Shown: positions 19,796 through 29,256 of the stretch, piece by piece
How positions within the stretch are numbered: position 1 is the stretch's first letter
Layout: each line of letters begins with the position of its first letter
Notes under the pieces: generated by a model
What the model saw: only the letters and a program-made list of their open reading frames with translations
Told to the model about the DNA's origin: nothing
Databases searched by the model: none
Assembly: GCA_018062625.1 (NCBI GenBank)
Contig: JAGORV010000003.1
Coordinates: 12,007 to 76,006 of the forward strand
DNA: 64,000 nucleotides
Direction of reading: 5' to 3'
Source of the DNA: Candidatus Woesebacteria bacterium
Lineage (GTDB): Bacteria; Patescibacteriota; Microgenomatia; UBA10105; UBA927
Position numbers and translations under genes: made by a program

Positions 19796-22700
19796 TTTGT
19801 TCTCCTTCATTTGGCTCTGGTTCTAATACTGGCTCTACTTCTTCGATAACTTCTTCAACTGTCTCCTCACCTGAAACCTCTGCGAGCTCCTTAGCAACCT
19901 TTTCTACAACTTCTTCTTTTGCTAAATCGGTAATCACTGGTGGCTTTGCTGTTACGACGCCTGTTGGGATAACTTGTAGGCCTAATGCCTGCAACTCTTT
20001 CACCAATACTTTGAATGATTCAGGAACTGTGGAGGCTGGAATATCCATTCCCTTGACGATTGCCTCGAATGCTTTCGCACGTCCTACCACATCATCAGAT
20101 TTGATCGTCAACATCTCTTGTAATATATGTGCAGCTCGATGTGCTTCAAGTGCCCAGACTTCCATTTCTCCAAGTCTTTGTCCTCCCATTTGAGCTTTTC
20201 CACCCAATGGCTGTTGTGTAACCAATGAATATGGTCCAGTAGATCTTGCATGAGTTTTGTCTTCTACCATGTGGATCAACTTCAAAATGTATCCGATACC
20301 AACCACAATAGGCTCAAGATACGCTTCACCAGTTTTTCCATCGTAGAGGATACTCTTTCCAGAAAGCGGCAAGCCTGCATCTCGCATCTTATCGACCATG
20401 CGCTGTTCTTTCACTTTTTCAAAGACTGGAAGTGCTACTTTGGTCTCAAACTTTGCCATCGCAATACCCAAGTGAGATTCCAATATTTGCCCAAGGTTCA
20501 TACGAGCCAACACAGAAAGTGGTGAAATAATAATATCAATAATTGTGCCATCTGCTGTATGAGGCATATCTCCTGCTGGAACAATCTTAGAAATAACACC
20601 TTTGTTTCCGTGACGTCCTGCAAGTTTGTCTCCTACGACCACTTTACGCATTTGAGCAATTTTAACGATAATTTTACGATTTGTTCCTGGTTCAAGCTCA
20701 TCGCCTTTTTCTTTATCCAAAATCATAACATCTGTTATCGTTCCTCGTTCGCCATGTGGCATACGAAGTGATGTGTCGCGAACTTCACGAGCTTTTTCTC
20801 CAAATATAGCTCGGAGCAATCGCTCTTCTGCCGTAAGCTCTGTCTCGCCTTTTGGTGCGATTTTTCCGACAAGAATATCATTTGGTCCAACTTCTGCGCC
20901 GATAACGACAATTCCGTTTTCATCAAGATTACGAAGTGCTTCCTCTCCAACATTTGGAATATCTCGTGTTGTTTCTTCCGGTCCAAGTTTTGTGTCGACA
21001 ACACTACACTCATGCTCTTCGATATGTACGGAAGTTAATACGTCATCCCGAACCAATCGATCAGAAATAACGATAGCGTCTTCGTAGCCCAACCCCTCAT
21101 AACTCATGTAAGCAATCGTAAGGTTTGAACCTAGGGCTAGCTCTCCATTTTCTGCTGCTGGTGCTTCGATAATAACATCACCTTTTTTGACGTGTTGTCC
21201 CATATCTACCAAAACCTTTTGGTTATAGCAGGTAGATTGTGATGTGCGTCGGAATTTTTCTGGTGTATAAGTTGCAATATCACCATTCTTATACTTCACC
21301 TTGACCAGTGCTGCATCTGCATAGATAACTTCTCCATCATCTGTGGCACGGGATACTCGACCCATAGAATCGATAACTGCGGCTTCCATACCTGTTCCTA
21401 CAACTGGTGATTGTGGAATCAAAAGTGGAACTGCTTGACACTGCATGTGCGTACCCATAAGTGCACGGTTTGCTTCGTCATGTGCCAAAAATGGAATAAG
21501 CGATGCAGGAGCTCCTACCACTTGTCGTGGAACGATATCGATGTATTCGATCTTGCCTGCGTCTGTTTCCATAAACTCACCCTTGTACCGTGCAGGTACT
21601 CGCTCGGACAAAATGATTCCATCTTTATCCATAGAAAGGTCTGCGTGCGTTACGTAGTGATACATTTCATCGTTGGAATCGAGGTATTCAATCTGATCGG
21701 TCACGCGTACTTTTGCACTTTCCCCCTCACCAACCTTGATCGTTTTTCGATAAGGAGTTTCTAGAAATCCATACTCGTTTACACGAGCATAGAGCGACAT
21801 ATAGGTAACTAAACCAATGTTCGGTCCTTCTGGAGACCGAACTGGATCGATACGACCATATTGTGATGCATTAATGTCACGAATAGAGAAACTTGCACGT
21901 TCTCGAGAAATACCACCAACTCCCATGACGGTCAATCTTCGCAAATTATCTACCTCTGCCAACGGATTGGTCATATCTAAAATTGTGGATAACTGACTGG
22001 TGCGGAAAAAGTCATTTATTGAAGCTATAATCGGTCGAGCATTCACTAAATGTGATGGGGTCAAATCTTCTGCGTTTGGACCTGCCAAACTCATTTTCTC
22101 TCGAATAGATCGTTCTAGTCTCAATAATCCAACTCGGAATGCACTCGTAGAAACGAGCTCTCCGACGCGTCGAACACGACGATTGCCTAAGTGGTCAATA
22201 TCATCAACATCACCTTTGCCATGAATCAAGTTGATCAAGTACGTCATGGCACCGACGATATCATCTTTTGTTAAGACCCAAAACTCTTTACTATTTGGAA
22301 CATTCACACCTAACTTCTTGTTCATCTTATATCGTCCGACTCGCTCTAGAGAATATCGACGATAGTCAAAAAACATGGTACGAAGTAATTCTTGTGCATT
22401 ATCCAAAACGATGGGTTCACCTGGTCTCAATCTTCGATAAAGTTCAAGAACAGCTTCTGATTGACTGGTAGTCGGATCTTTCGCGAGTGTTGCTGGCAAG
22501 AACTTTTCACTTCCTGCTACACCATCAAACAAACGTTGAATTTCTTCATTAGATCCAAATCCTACTGCACGAAGGAATGTAGAAGCTACAAATTTTCGGC
22601 GTCGATCGATACGCACCATAAGTACGTCATTTCGAGTTACAAAAAACTCAAGCCATGATCCGTGCATTGGTCGAATTTCCGCACTATATAATGTACGTCC

Positions 22701-23153
22701 AGTAGTTGGATCTACTTCTCCAGTAAAATATACTCCAGGAGAACGAACCAATTGATTCACCACACATCGCTCAATACCGTTGATAACAAACGTTCCGCGA
22801 TCGGTCATTGCGGGAATATCGCCCAAAAATACTTCCTGAGTCATCTGATGTCCTGTTTGTTTGTTGGTAAGTGTTGCTTTTACTTTTAGCGGCATGTCGA
22901 AGGTAAGACCTTTTTCTTGTGCAATTGCTGGGGTAAGTCGTGGTCGTCCAAAATAATAATCACCAAGTGCGAGTTCCCAATTTTTTCCGGTAAAATCTGT
23001 CATCGGGGTAACCTCTTCAAGAAGTTCTTTGATTCCAGTTTCAAGGAACCACTGATACGATTCACGTTGTACCAGAGTGAGGTCTAGGCGAGGAAGATTT
23101 TTATAATCTGTTCCCCAATATTCGCGCTTTTGAAAAGTGTGTGTTGACGCCAT
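19788..23153 (-). CDS. rpoB: DNA-directed RNA polymerase subunit beta
   Basis: Conserved beta motifs ([28 protein letters not shown]); acidic C-terminal tail; GAGGA SD upstream. Confidence 0.97.
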   Translation of the reverse strand: MASTHTFQKREYWGTDYKNLPRLDLTLVQRESYQWFLETGIKELLEEVTPMTDFTGKNWELALGDYYFGRPRLTPAIAQEKGLTFDMPLKVKATLTNKQTGHQMTQEVFLGDIPAMTDRGTFVINGIERCVVNQLVRSPGVYFTGEVDPTTGRTLYSAEIRPMHGSWLEFFVTRNDVLMVRIDRRRKFVASTFLRAVGFGSNEEIQRLFDGVAGSEKFLPATLAKDPTTSQSEAVLELYRRLRPGEPIVLDNAQELLRTMFFDYRRYSLERVGRYKMNKKLGVNVPNSKEFWVLTKDDIVGAMTYLINLIHGKGDVDDIDHLGNRRVRRVGELVSTSAFRVGLLRLERSIREKMSLAGPNAEDLTPSHLVNARPIIASINDFFRTSQLSTILDMTNPLAEVDNLRRLTVMGVGGISRERASFSIRDINASQYGRIDPVRSPEGPNIGLVTYMSLYARVNEYGFLETPYRKTIKVGEGESAKVRVTDQIEYLDSNDEMYHYVTHADLSMDKDGIILSERVPARYKGEFMETDAGKIEYIDIVPRQVVGAPASLIPFLAHDEANRALMGTHMQCQAVPLLIPQSPVVGTGMEAAVIDSMGRVSRATDDGEVIYADAALVKVKYKNGDIATYTPEKFRRTSQSTCYNQKVLVDMGQHVKKGDVIIEAPAAENGELALGSNLTIAYMSYEGLGYEDAIVISDRLVRDDVLTSVHIEEHECSVVDTKLGPEETTRDIPNVGEEALRNLDENGIVVIGAEVGPNDILVGKIAPKGETELTAEERLLRAIFGEKAREVRDTSLRMPHGERGTITDVMILDKEKGDELEPGTNRKIIVKIAQMRKVVVGDKLAGRHGNKGVISKIVPAGDMPHTADGTIIDIIISPLSVLARMNLGQILESHLGIAMAKFETKVALPVFEKVKEQRMVDKMRDAGLPLSGKSILYDGKTGEAYLEPIVVGIGYILKLIHMVEDKTHARSTGPYSLVTQQPLGGKAQMGGQRLGEMEVWALEAHRAAHILQEMLTIKSDDVVGRAKAFEAIVKGMDIPASTVPESFKVLVKELQALGLQVIPTGVVTAKPPVITDLAKEEVVEKVAKELAEVSGEETVEEVIEEVEPVLEPEPNEGEQNG

Positions 23154-23196
23154 TCAATAAGTCCTCAAAGAAAATAAATACGTTTATGTTGTAAAC

Positions 23197-23230
23197 AACG
23201 ACAAAAAGAAGCGAACAATGAACGTTCGCC
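23197..23230 (-). terminator. Intrinsic-terminator-like hairpin in the rpoB leader (ends the upstream operon and/or acts as an attenuator)
   Basis: Reverse strand: GCGAAC-GTTCATT-GTTCGC followed by TTCTTTTTGTCGTTGTTT, about 45 nt before the rpoB ATG. Confidence 0.6.
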
Positions 23231-23254
23231 TCTTGGGCTATTCAATTAATCCTT

Positions 23255-23282
23255 ATTATAACGCGCAATTTAACTATGTCAA
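23255..23282 (-). promoter_or_regulatory. Near-consensus sigma70-type promoter upstream of rpoB
   Basis: Reverse strand: TTGACA (23282-23277), 16-nt spacer, TATAAT (23260-23255). Confidence 0.6.
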
Positions 23283-23421
23283 GAGGCGTATCAGAATGCT
23301 CCACATGTACACATAACATCACACTTCCTATCGCGCTCTAATTGAGGAATTTAAAACATTTCTTCAATATTCACCACCGGTGGAATCACGTACACGACGA
23401 ATGAGCGCAAGAAACGTGATA

Positions 23422-23892
23422 TCACCCAACTAATCCACCTGCATAAATAAACGTATATAATCGAATATTTGAACACGTAATAACCTCTGTACCACGAATT
23501 TCTTCTATATCAGAGCCTGTACCCTCACACTGATACACAAACTTCCCATCGTTCCATTCAACTGAATACCATAATCGTGTTTTCTCCACATTTGCAATCA
23601 TAGCCTGTCGAAGTATTTTATCTGCGCCATCTTCGGTCATAGCAGAAAAATTTCCATAATATGACATGCTCCAAACCGGTTTTACTTCTTGATATATGGT
23701 TTCACATCCTACGAATCGGCCGTTTCCCACAACATACATATCTCGGTATAACCATGCTCCCTCTGTATATTCATATTGTTTATGGCCAGCAAAAACAGGG
23801 GACACTTCTCCTGTATTACCAGCATAAGTATGCGAACGTGCAGAAATTAGAAAACTCAATAATTTTTTAGTATCCATAAGAATTCGTGTCAC
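23422..23892 (-). CDS. DUF5680-like protein of unknown function
   Basis: Pattern FL..A...TYAG......Y.Y.EG...Y.D.Y.G...F.G.E.....KPVW.M.Y.G recalled from DUF5680 proteins (unverified); 4-nt overlap with the upstream nuclease gene. Confidence 0.5.
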   Translation of the reverse strand: MTRILMDTKKLLSFLISARSHTYAGNTGEVSPVFAGHKQYEYTEGAWLYRDMYVVGNGRFVGCETIYQEVKPVWSMSYYGNFSAMTEDGADKILRQAMIANVEKTRLWYSVEWNDGKFVYQCEGTGSDIEEIRGTEVITCSNIRLYTFIYAGGLVG

Positions 23893-24665
23893 AATCCAAG
23901 TTGCCCTGAAAGTTCGAGCGTGCTCGCCTTTTGGCGATATTTACAATATTCACACTCCTTTTGCGAGTCTGGTGGCCTTTTTAATTCTAGACAATCTTTT
24001 ATCTGAAAAATAACTGGCTCCACCCAAGAATCATCACCTTTATGGGGATGCAATGTCAGAGCAAATTCAAGCCTTCCATCAAATGCCGATCTATTTTTAC
24101 TCGCATTTGCGTATACGATATATGCAGTTTGCGATACTACAAAACCACTTCGTCGAAAAATCCATTGATAAATCTCTAATTGCTTTTTATAACCTTGTTT
24201 CCATTGGTCATCAAGTGAAATCTCACTCTCCGTGGACGTCGATTTATAGTCAACGACGATAAGCTCTCCTTTAGGGTTTATCCACAAGTCATCGACAGAT
24301 CCAAAAATTATTAAATTTGTTGGCTCATGCAGATACTGCTTTCCAGTGAAATTTTCTCGCCACACATCTAAGTCTTGATGCACATATGGAACAGCATCGA
24401 CTCCATATCTCTTCATGATCTCATGAGCTTGACCTAGCCCTCGCAACTGATCGAACTCACGCTTGAGTAATGTATCGACTGCAGAATTTAGTGAAAAACC
24501 CGGACCACTTGGTCGCACTATTCCCAGCCGACGATCTAAATAAAAACAGCGCGGACACTCTAAGAAATATTGTATTTTTGTTCTACTTATTTTAAACGGA
24601 GATGCAGCATTCGGCTCGTAGGTGCGACTCCCATACATTTTTTGCATACAATCATTATATCGCAA
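23889..24665 (-). CDS. PD-(D/E)XK (Cas4/RecB-like) nuclease with Cys cluster
   Basis: N-terminal CPRC, D..DDLW...VVDYKS (D-EXK-type core), QLEIYQ, C-terminal C..ECEYC. The Cys arrangement resembles Fe-S Cas4-like nucleases. Confidence 0.65.
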   Translation of the reverse strand: MRYNDCMQKMYGSRTYEPNAASPFKISRTKIQYFLECPRCFYLDRRLGIVRPSGPGFSLNSAVDTLLKREFDQLRGLGQAHEIMKRYGVDAVPYVHQDLDVWRENFTGKQYLHEPTNLIIFGSVDDLWINPKGELIVVDYKSTSTESEISLDDQWKQGYKKQLEIYQWIFRRSGFVVSQTAYIVYANASKNRSAFDGRLEFALTLHPHKGDDSWVEPVIFQIKDCLELKRPPDSQKECEYCKYRQKASTLELSGQLGL

Positions 24666-24688
24666 CTCTTGTGGTATGATAATTACAT

Positions 24689-25012
24689 ATGAAAATAAAT
24701 ATTAGACTCATATATTTATACCTATTTTCGTTTGTGGGATTACTCACTGTCGTTATAGGGTCTGTGCGAATGGTAGATTTAGGATTAAAGGTTTTTGTCT
24801 TTCCTGACAGTGATAAATACGAATACTCTGTCCCAATTCCTACAGATGGAGAAAAAGGTCAGATAGAAGAAAAAACAATGCGAGCAAACGCAGAACGAGA
24901 TCAAAAACGAAATCGAGAACGTGATCTTTCTAACTCTCTTGCCATGATAGCTGTAGGACTACCACTCTATCTATATCACTGGAGAACCATACAAAAAGAA
25001 AATAAGAAGTAA
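24689..25012 (+). CDS. Small membrane protein (2 TM) with charged loop
   Basis: Hydrophobic N- and C-terminal segments; extended -10 TGgTATGAT ends 8 nt before the ATG. Confidence 0.5.
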   Translation: MKINIRLIYLYLFSFVGLLTVVIGSVRMVDLGLKVFVFPDSDKYEYSVPIPTDGEKGQIEEKTMRANAERDQKRNRERDLSNSLAMIAVGLPLYLYHWRTIQKENKK

Positions 25013-25017
25013 ATCAA

Positions 25018-25650
25018 TTATTTTTCTGTAATCGTGACAGAATCAACAGTGATTGGCTTCACTGGTGTAGATCCCTCACCACTTTCCAACGTTTCTGCAG
25101 TAGCAATTTTATCTACTACATCAAGTCCTTTTGTGACACTCCCGAAAATTACATAATCACTTGGTAATCCATAATCTGCATGCATTATGAAAAATTGACT
25201 ACCATTCGTATCGGGACCAGCATTGGCCATAGCGACCGTTCCTCGAGTATAGTCTCCAGAAAAAAATTCGTCCTCAAACCGATATCCTGGACCACCTCGT
25301 CCGGTACCCTCTGGATCTCCACCTTGAATCATGAAGCCTCGAATCACGCGATGAAAAATCGTATCATCATAAAAACCTGCTTTTGAAAGATATACAAAAT
25401 TATTTACCGTAATAGGCGTTTCTTTTGCATTTAGCGCTATTTCGATATCGCCAGCCGATGTTTGAAGTAACGCAGAGTAGGATTTATTTACGTCTATTTG
25501 CATTTCTGGTTTATTCATAATTTTTGTTGTAGGTGCTTGTTTTGCTCCCGACGGTTTTTGTGTAATCTTTTTCGTATTATTGGCACGCACATAGAAAAAT
25601 GCGCTTCCCAATATTATCACGAAAAAAACAATATAGATATATTTATTCAT
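25018..25650 (-). CDS. Cyclophilin-type peptidyl-prolyl cis-trans isomerase, membrane anchored
   Basis: FHRVI.GFMIQGGDP and GSQFFI motifs; N-terminal TM. Confidence 0.9.
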   Translation of the reverse strand: MNKYIYIVFFVIILGSAFFYVRANNTKKITQKPSGAKQAPTTKIMNKPEMQIDVNKSYSALLQTSAGDIEIALNAKETPITVNNFVYLSKAGFYDDTIFHRVIRGFMIQGGDPEGTGRGGPGYRFEDEFFSGDYTRGTVAMANAGPDTNGSQFFIMHADYGLPSDYVIFGSVTKGLDVVDKIATAETLESGEGSTPVKPITVDSVTITEK

Positions 25651-25655
25651 AAGAA

Positions 25656-26627
25656 TTATCTTAAATACTCCTCAATGTTTTGTAAATGCTCCTCATAGGT
25701 TATTGCGCAGTGTATTTGTCTATCAGATCCATGCAAATAAAATATGCAATCTGTTTCTTGAGGATTTAATGCTGCATCAATTGCCGCAAGCCCCGGATTT
25801 GCTATAGGTGTAGGTGGGAGCCCCTTGTAAACATAGGTATTGTACGGAGAGTTGGATTTTTTTTCTGATAAGTCTATTTTTCCCCACCACTTATCACCAA
25901 TTTTTCCTTTTGTGTACTGCATGGTCGCATCAATCTCCAGCTTCATATCTTTGTCTAATCGATTCCAAATAATTCCAGAGATAATTCTCATATCTTCAGT
26001 GCCACCTGCTTCTCTCTGAATAAGCGACGCTATTTTCAACCCCGTGGTCCATCGAATATTTTTTTCTGTAAACTTCGACAAAAACGGTGCAAATTTTTCA
26101 TTAAAACGATCGATAAAGCGTTGTGCTATTTGCTCCACGGTTTCATCTCTTGGCAACAAGTATGTATCTGGAAAATATACCCCCTCAGCAAAATCAGGTT
26201 TAGTGTCCAGCGTATACAGAGTATTCCACGTTATTCGCTGCGCCTCATTCCATCCAAGTGCTGCTCCCACAATCTCACCGACCTGCTCCTTACGTAATCC
26301 TTCCCGCATAGAGACCCATACTAAATCTGGCTTCTCTGATAATTTTTGTACTATCTGCCATGCATGCATGTTCGAATCTAATCGATATCCACCCGCTTCT
26401 ATTTTTTTATCTCCAGCAAGTACTAGATACAGCAACTGAAATGCATTTGCGTTACGTATATATCCTGCTTTGGCAAGTTCACCTGCTACATCCAACGTCT
26501 CCTCACTCTTGATATATACACTTGGCTTGCTTGCGATGGTGACCGGACCAAGTAACAACCACTTGAGCAACAAGATAACCAACAAAGAAAGGATAAAACA
26601 TATTCCAGCTACTTTTATAATTTTCAT
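25656..26627 (-). CDS. mltG: Endolytic murein transglycosylase MltG/YceG family (paralog 1)
   Basis: N-terminal TM, ASLIQREAG catalytic-Glu region, SPYNTY..GLPP.PI.NPG motif. Confidence 0.88.
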   Translation of the reverse strand: MKIIKVAGICFILSLLVILLLKWLLLGPVTIASKPSVYIKSEETLDVAGELAKAGYIRNANAFQLLYLVLAGDKKIEAGGYRLDSNMHAWQIVQKLSEKPDLVWVSMREGLRKEQVGEIVGAALGWNEAQRITWNTLYTLDTKPDFAEGVYFPDTYLLPRDETVEQIAQRFIDRFNEKFAPFLSKFTEKNIRWTTGLKIASLIQREAGGTEDMRIISGIIWNRLDKDMKLEIDATMQYTKGKIGDKWWGKIDLSEKKSNSPYNTYVYKGLPPTPIANPGLAAIDAALNPQETDCIFYLHGSDRQIHCAITYEEHLQNIEEYLR

Positions 26628-26653
26628 GAGAGAACATATTGTACAATAGATTC

Positions 26654-26989
26654 ATGGATGAAATAACTACATGTTCTGTTTGTCATGTCACCATTCGCCC
26701 ATCGGATTTTTTTTGCTTCAACTGTGGGCACAATCTCCAGCCGACTCCCCCCGCCACATCAATCTCAACCATCGTAACACTTGCTCTCGGCAGTATCGTC
26801 TTGCCACCTATGGGATTTATTTGGAGTGCAAAATATCTTAGGTCCCAAGATCCAAAAATTCGTAGTATTGGGCTCATGCTTATAGCTATCACAGTCATTG
26901 TGATAATCATTGCAATGCGCTTCACGATTACCACGTACAACACCGCAATGAAACAAGTAAACCAAATACAAAACTTGCAGGGATTTTAG
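26654..26989 (+). CDS. Zinc-ribbon membrane protein
   Basis: CSVC...CFNCG followed by two TM segments. ATG 26654 preferred; the track start 26639 is TTG. Confidence 0.55.
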   Translation: MDEITTCSVCHVTIRPSDFFCFNCGHNLQPTPPATSISTIVTLALGSIVLPPMGFIWSAKYLRSQDPKIRSIGLMLIAITVIVIIIAMRFTITTYNTAMKQVNQIQNLQGF

Positions 26990-27008
26990 TGCTACTATAG
27001 AAATAGCC

Positions 27009-27644
27009 ATGAAAAAGAACACTTCCCAAAAGTCACATCCTCACAAAAAAACTCGATTATCATACCCAAAAATGTTAATCGGAGTCTTATTATTATTCCT
27101 CTTGGGAACATTTGTCTGGCATACACGTCTATCACCAAAAGACACATACTGCTCAACACAAAAAGAAATCTCTTCTATCCCCCCAGAAACCATAAAGACT
27201 GCATTTGAGTACTTTCAACTGGGTGACTACTACTTCGATCACGGTGATTGCACACGCGCACTGGCAAACTATACATATTCGATCGATATGGAGCCTACTG
27301 CCGAAGCATACAACAATCGCGCCTACACTTATATGAGGTTACAAGATTATATTCATGCTCTTTCTGATTTAGACATGGCAATCAAACTTCGTCCAAACTA
27401 CTCCACTGCATTAGCCAATAGAGGAGATATTCATTTATTTTATTATGCTAAAGATTTACATCGCGCAATAACAGACTACGACAACGCAATTCGTGCACAA
27501 CAACCAATTGCAAACACTATTTGTGGTCATCGTGCCATGGCGATAGCTAAGTTTACCAGCTCATGGGGATGGAATTTCTTCTCCCATCTCTCCCTCATAA
27601 CTAAACCTAAAGATTTTGGATGTACTATACCCACCCCACTCTAA
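27009..27644 (+). CDS. Membrane-anchored TPR-repeat protein
   Basis: N-terminal TM; repeated A..YN.RA..Y......A..D...AI.L.P TPR-like units. Confidence 0.65.
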   Translation: MKKNTSQKSHPHKKTRLSYPKMLIGVLLLFLLGTFVWHTRLSPKDTYCSTQKEISSIPPETIKTAFEYFQLGDYYFDHGDCTRALANYTYSIDMEPTAEAYNNRAYTYMRLQDYIHALSDLDMAIKLRPNYSTALANRGDIHLFYYAKDLHRAITDYDNAIRAQQPIANTICGHRAMAIAKFTSSWGWNFFSHLSLITKPKDFGCTIPTPL

Positions 27645-27645
27645 C

Positions 27646-28149
27646 ATGGAATTTGTGGACGAAATCAATGAAGCAAATGAAGTAATTTCTCAAGTATCTA
27701 AAGAAGATGCACATACTAAAGGACTTCTTCATAGATGCGTAATTGCTGAGGTAAAAAATTCTCGAGGTGAATGGCTATTGGTAAAACAAGCTTCCACCCG
27801 ACAAGATGCAGGCCATTTTGTCTCACCGGTCGGCGGTCATGTACAGGCAGGAGAATCACAGGACCATGCACTTGTGCGAGAAACTATGGAAGAACTCGGT
27901 ATAATCCCAACTTCATACAAATATGTAGGCGCAAAAGTGTTTAACAGAACCACACGTAAAAAGCAGGAAAATCATCTTTTTATTCTCTTCGAAATTGTTT
28001 CTGATGACATGCCTGTTCTCAACGAAGAATCCGACTCGTTTGAATATTTTACTGAGGAGCAAATACAAAATATGTCTCAATCACAATCAAAAATATTTGG
28101 TGAAGCATTTACATTCATCCTTCGTGAATTTTATCCTCATCTCATCTAA
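27646..28149 (+). CDS. NUDIX hydrolase
   Basis: GGHVQAGESQDHALVRETMEELGI matches the Nudix box G.5E.7REUxEExGU; ATG 27646 lies 1 nt after the TPR gene stop. Confidence 0.85.
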   Translation: MEFVDEINEANEVISQVSKEDAHTKGLLHRCVIAEVKNSRGEWLLVKQASTRQDAGHFVSPVGGHVQAGESQDHALVRETMEELGIIPTSYKYVGAKVFNRTTRKKQENHLFILFEIVSDDMPVLNEESDSFEYFTEEQIQNMSQSQSKIFGEAFTFILREFYPHLI

Positions 28150-28164
28150 CAAAAAAAAAACAAC

Positions 28165-28527
28165 TTACGCTTCCACAAAAACACCCTCAAGAATATCTGG
28201 ATCAAAATATGTATCTATCAATGCAAGATTTTTCACATTTGATTTATAAAACGAATCAAACACAATTCCAATAACAGGAATAAGGCCTAATATAAAATCA
28301 AACAAAATATTCCATGCCATCTTTGCATACACAATGCGAGGTACATTGAGCTTATACGCTATCCAATACAGATAACATGATGTCGCAGCACCTATGATAC
28401 TCCCTATGCCTGGTATAGCATCCAACAATGGGTCAATACCAAACTTTATACCAAGTATGTGAAACTTTGTGTCCAAAAGGTTCACTAATTTTTTTGCAAA
28501 ACGAATATGTGCATGGAGCGTTCTCAT
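28165..28527 (-). CDS. DUF4112 membrane protein
   Basis: GIDPLLDAIPGIG ... NILFDFILGLIPVIGIVFD repeats typical of DUF4112; ATG 28527 preferred over the GTG at 28533. Confidence 0.65.
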   Translation of the reverse strand: MRTLHAHIRFAKKLVNLLDTKFHILGIKFGIDPLLDAIPGIGSIIGAATSCYLYWIAYKLNVPRIVYAKMAWNILFDFILGLIPVIGIVFDSFYKSNVKNLALIDTYFDPDILEGVFVEA

Positions 28528-28566
28528 ATACACATGATACTATGTATTTCGATTAGCATATATGTA

Positions 28567-29238
28567 TTAAATTTTTAGGGTGTGCCCTTCTTTTCGTAAC
28601 CACGCTCTCGCTCGTTTGTATTCAGGATAAAATTTTTCCACATGATCCCAGAAAATTTTACGATGATGAGGATGAGTTATATGTGCAAGCTCATGGATGA
28701 CCACATAATCTATGATCGAAATATCCGCAAACATGAGTCTGTACGAAAAACTTAAAGTGCCACGGCTTGAACAAGATCCCCATCGTGTCGACGTATCTCG
28801 TATAGAGATTTTTTTGTATTGAACGTGCATTTGAGGAGCATACATATCCAATCGTTGTGTAAGAAATTTTTTTGCAAATATACGACACCAAATTTCCATA
28901 TGAAATTTAGCGCGCGGCAAAAATTTTTTCGGAAAAAACATTCTTGATCCCACAAGGACAATCGCATTCCCATCTGTTACATGAATCACATAAGAATTCG
29001 AGGCAATTCGAATAACACTACCCTCTCGATATACAATATTTTGTATTTTGGATTTAGCTAACACCAGTTTTTTTGCTTGAATTATCCACGCACGCTTAGA
29101 CTGCACAAATCTATTAATGATAAAAAGTGGAACAAAATGCGGAGCGCGAACCTCAATCTTTCCATCATCAGTTATATGAAGTCCTATGGAACTGCGAGAG
29201 ACGCGCTTAAGAATATCGATGGAAAACTGGAGAGACAT
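28567..29238 (-). CDS. YgjP-like (DUF45/M48 family) metallopeptidase
   Basis: RWGSCS and HELAHITHPHH (HExxH) motifs. Confidence 0.8.
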   Translation of the reverse strand: MSLQFSIDILKRVSRSSIGLHITDDGKIEVRAPHFVPLFIINRFVQSKRAWIIQAKKLVLAKSKIQNIVYREGSVIRIASNSYVIHVTDGNAIVLVGSRMFFPKKFLPRAKFHMEIWCRIFAKKFLTQRLDMYAPQMHVQYKKISIRDTSTRWGSCSSRGTLSFSYRLMFADISIIDYVVIHELAHITHPHHRKIFWDHVEKFYPEYKRARAWLRKEGHTLKI

Positions 29239-29256
29239 GAACCATATTATACTCTG

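Noticed and set aside
23283-23421. Hairpins in the 3' region of the DUF5680 gene (ATCACGT-N22-ACGTGAT at 23385-23420, TTGAGGA-N12-TCTTCAA at 23342-23367, and the palindrome CACCGGTG), a possible small RNA
   Set aside because: There is no promoter or terminator pair of its own and no match to any RNA family I can recognise. It is most simply a structured 3' UTR preceding the rpoB promoter.
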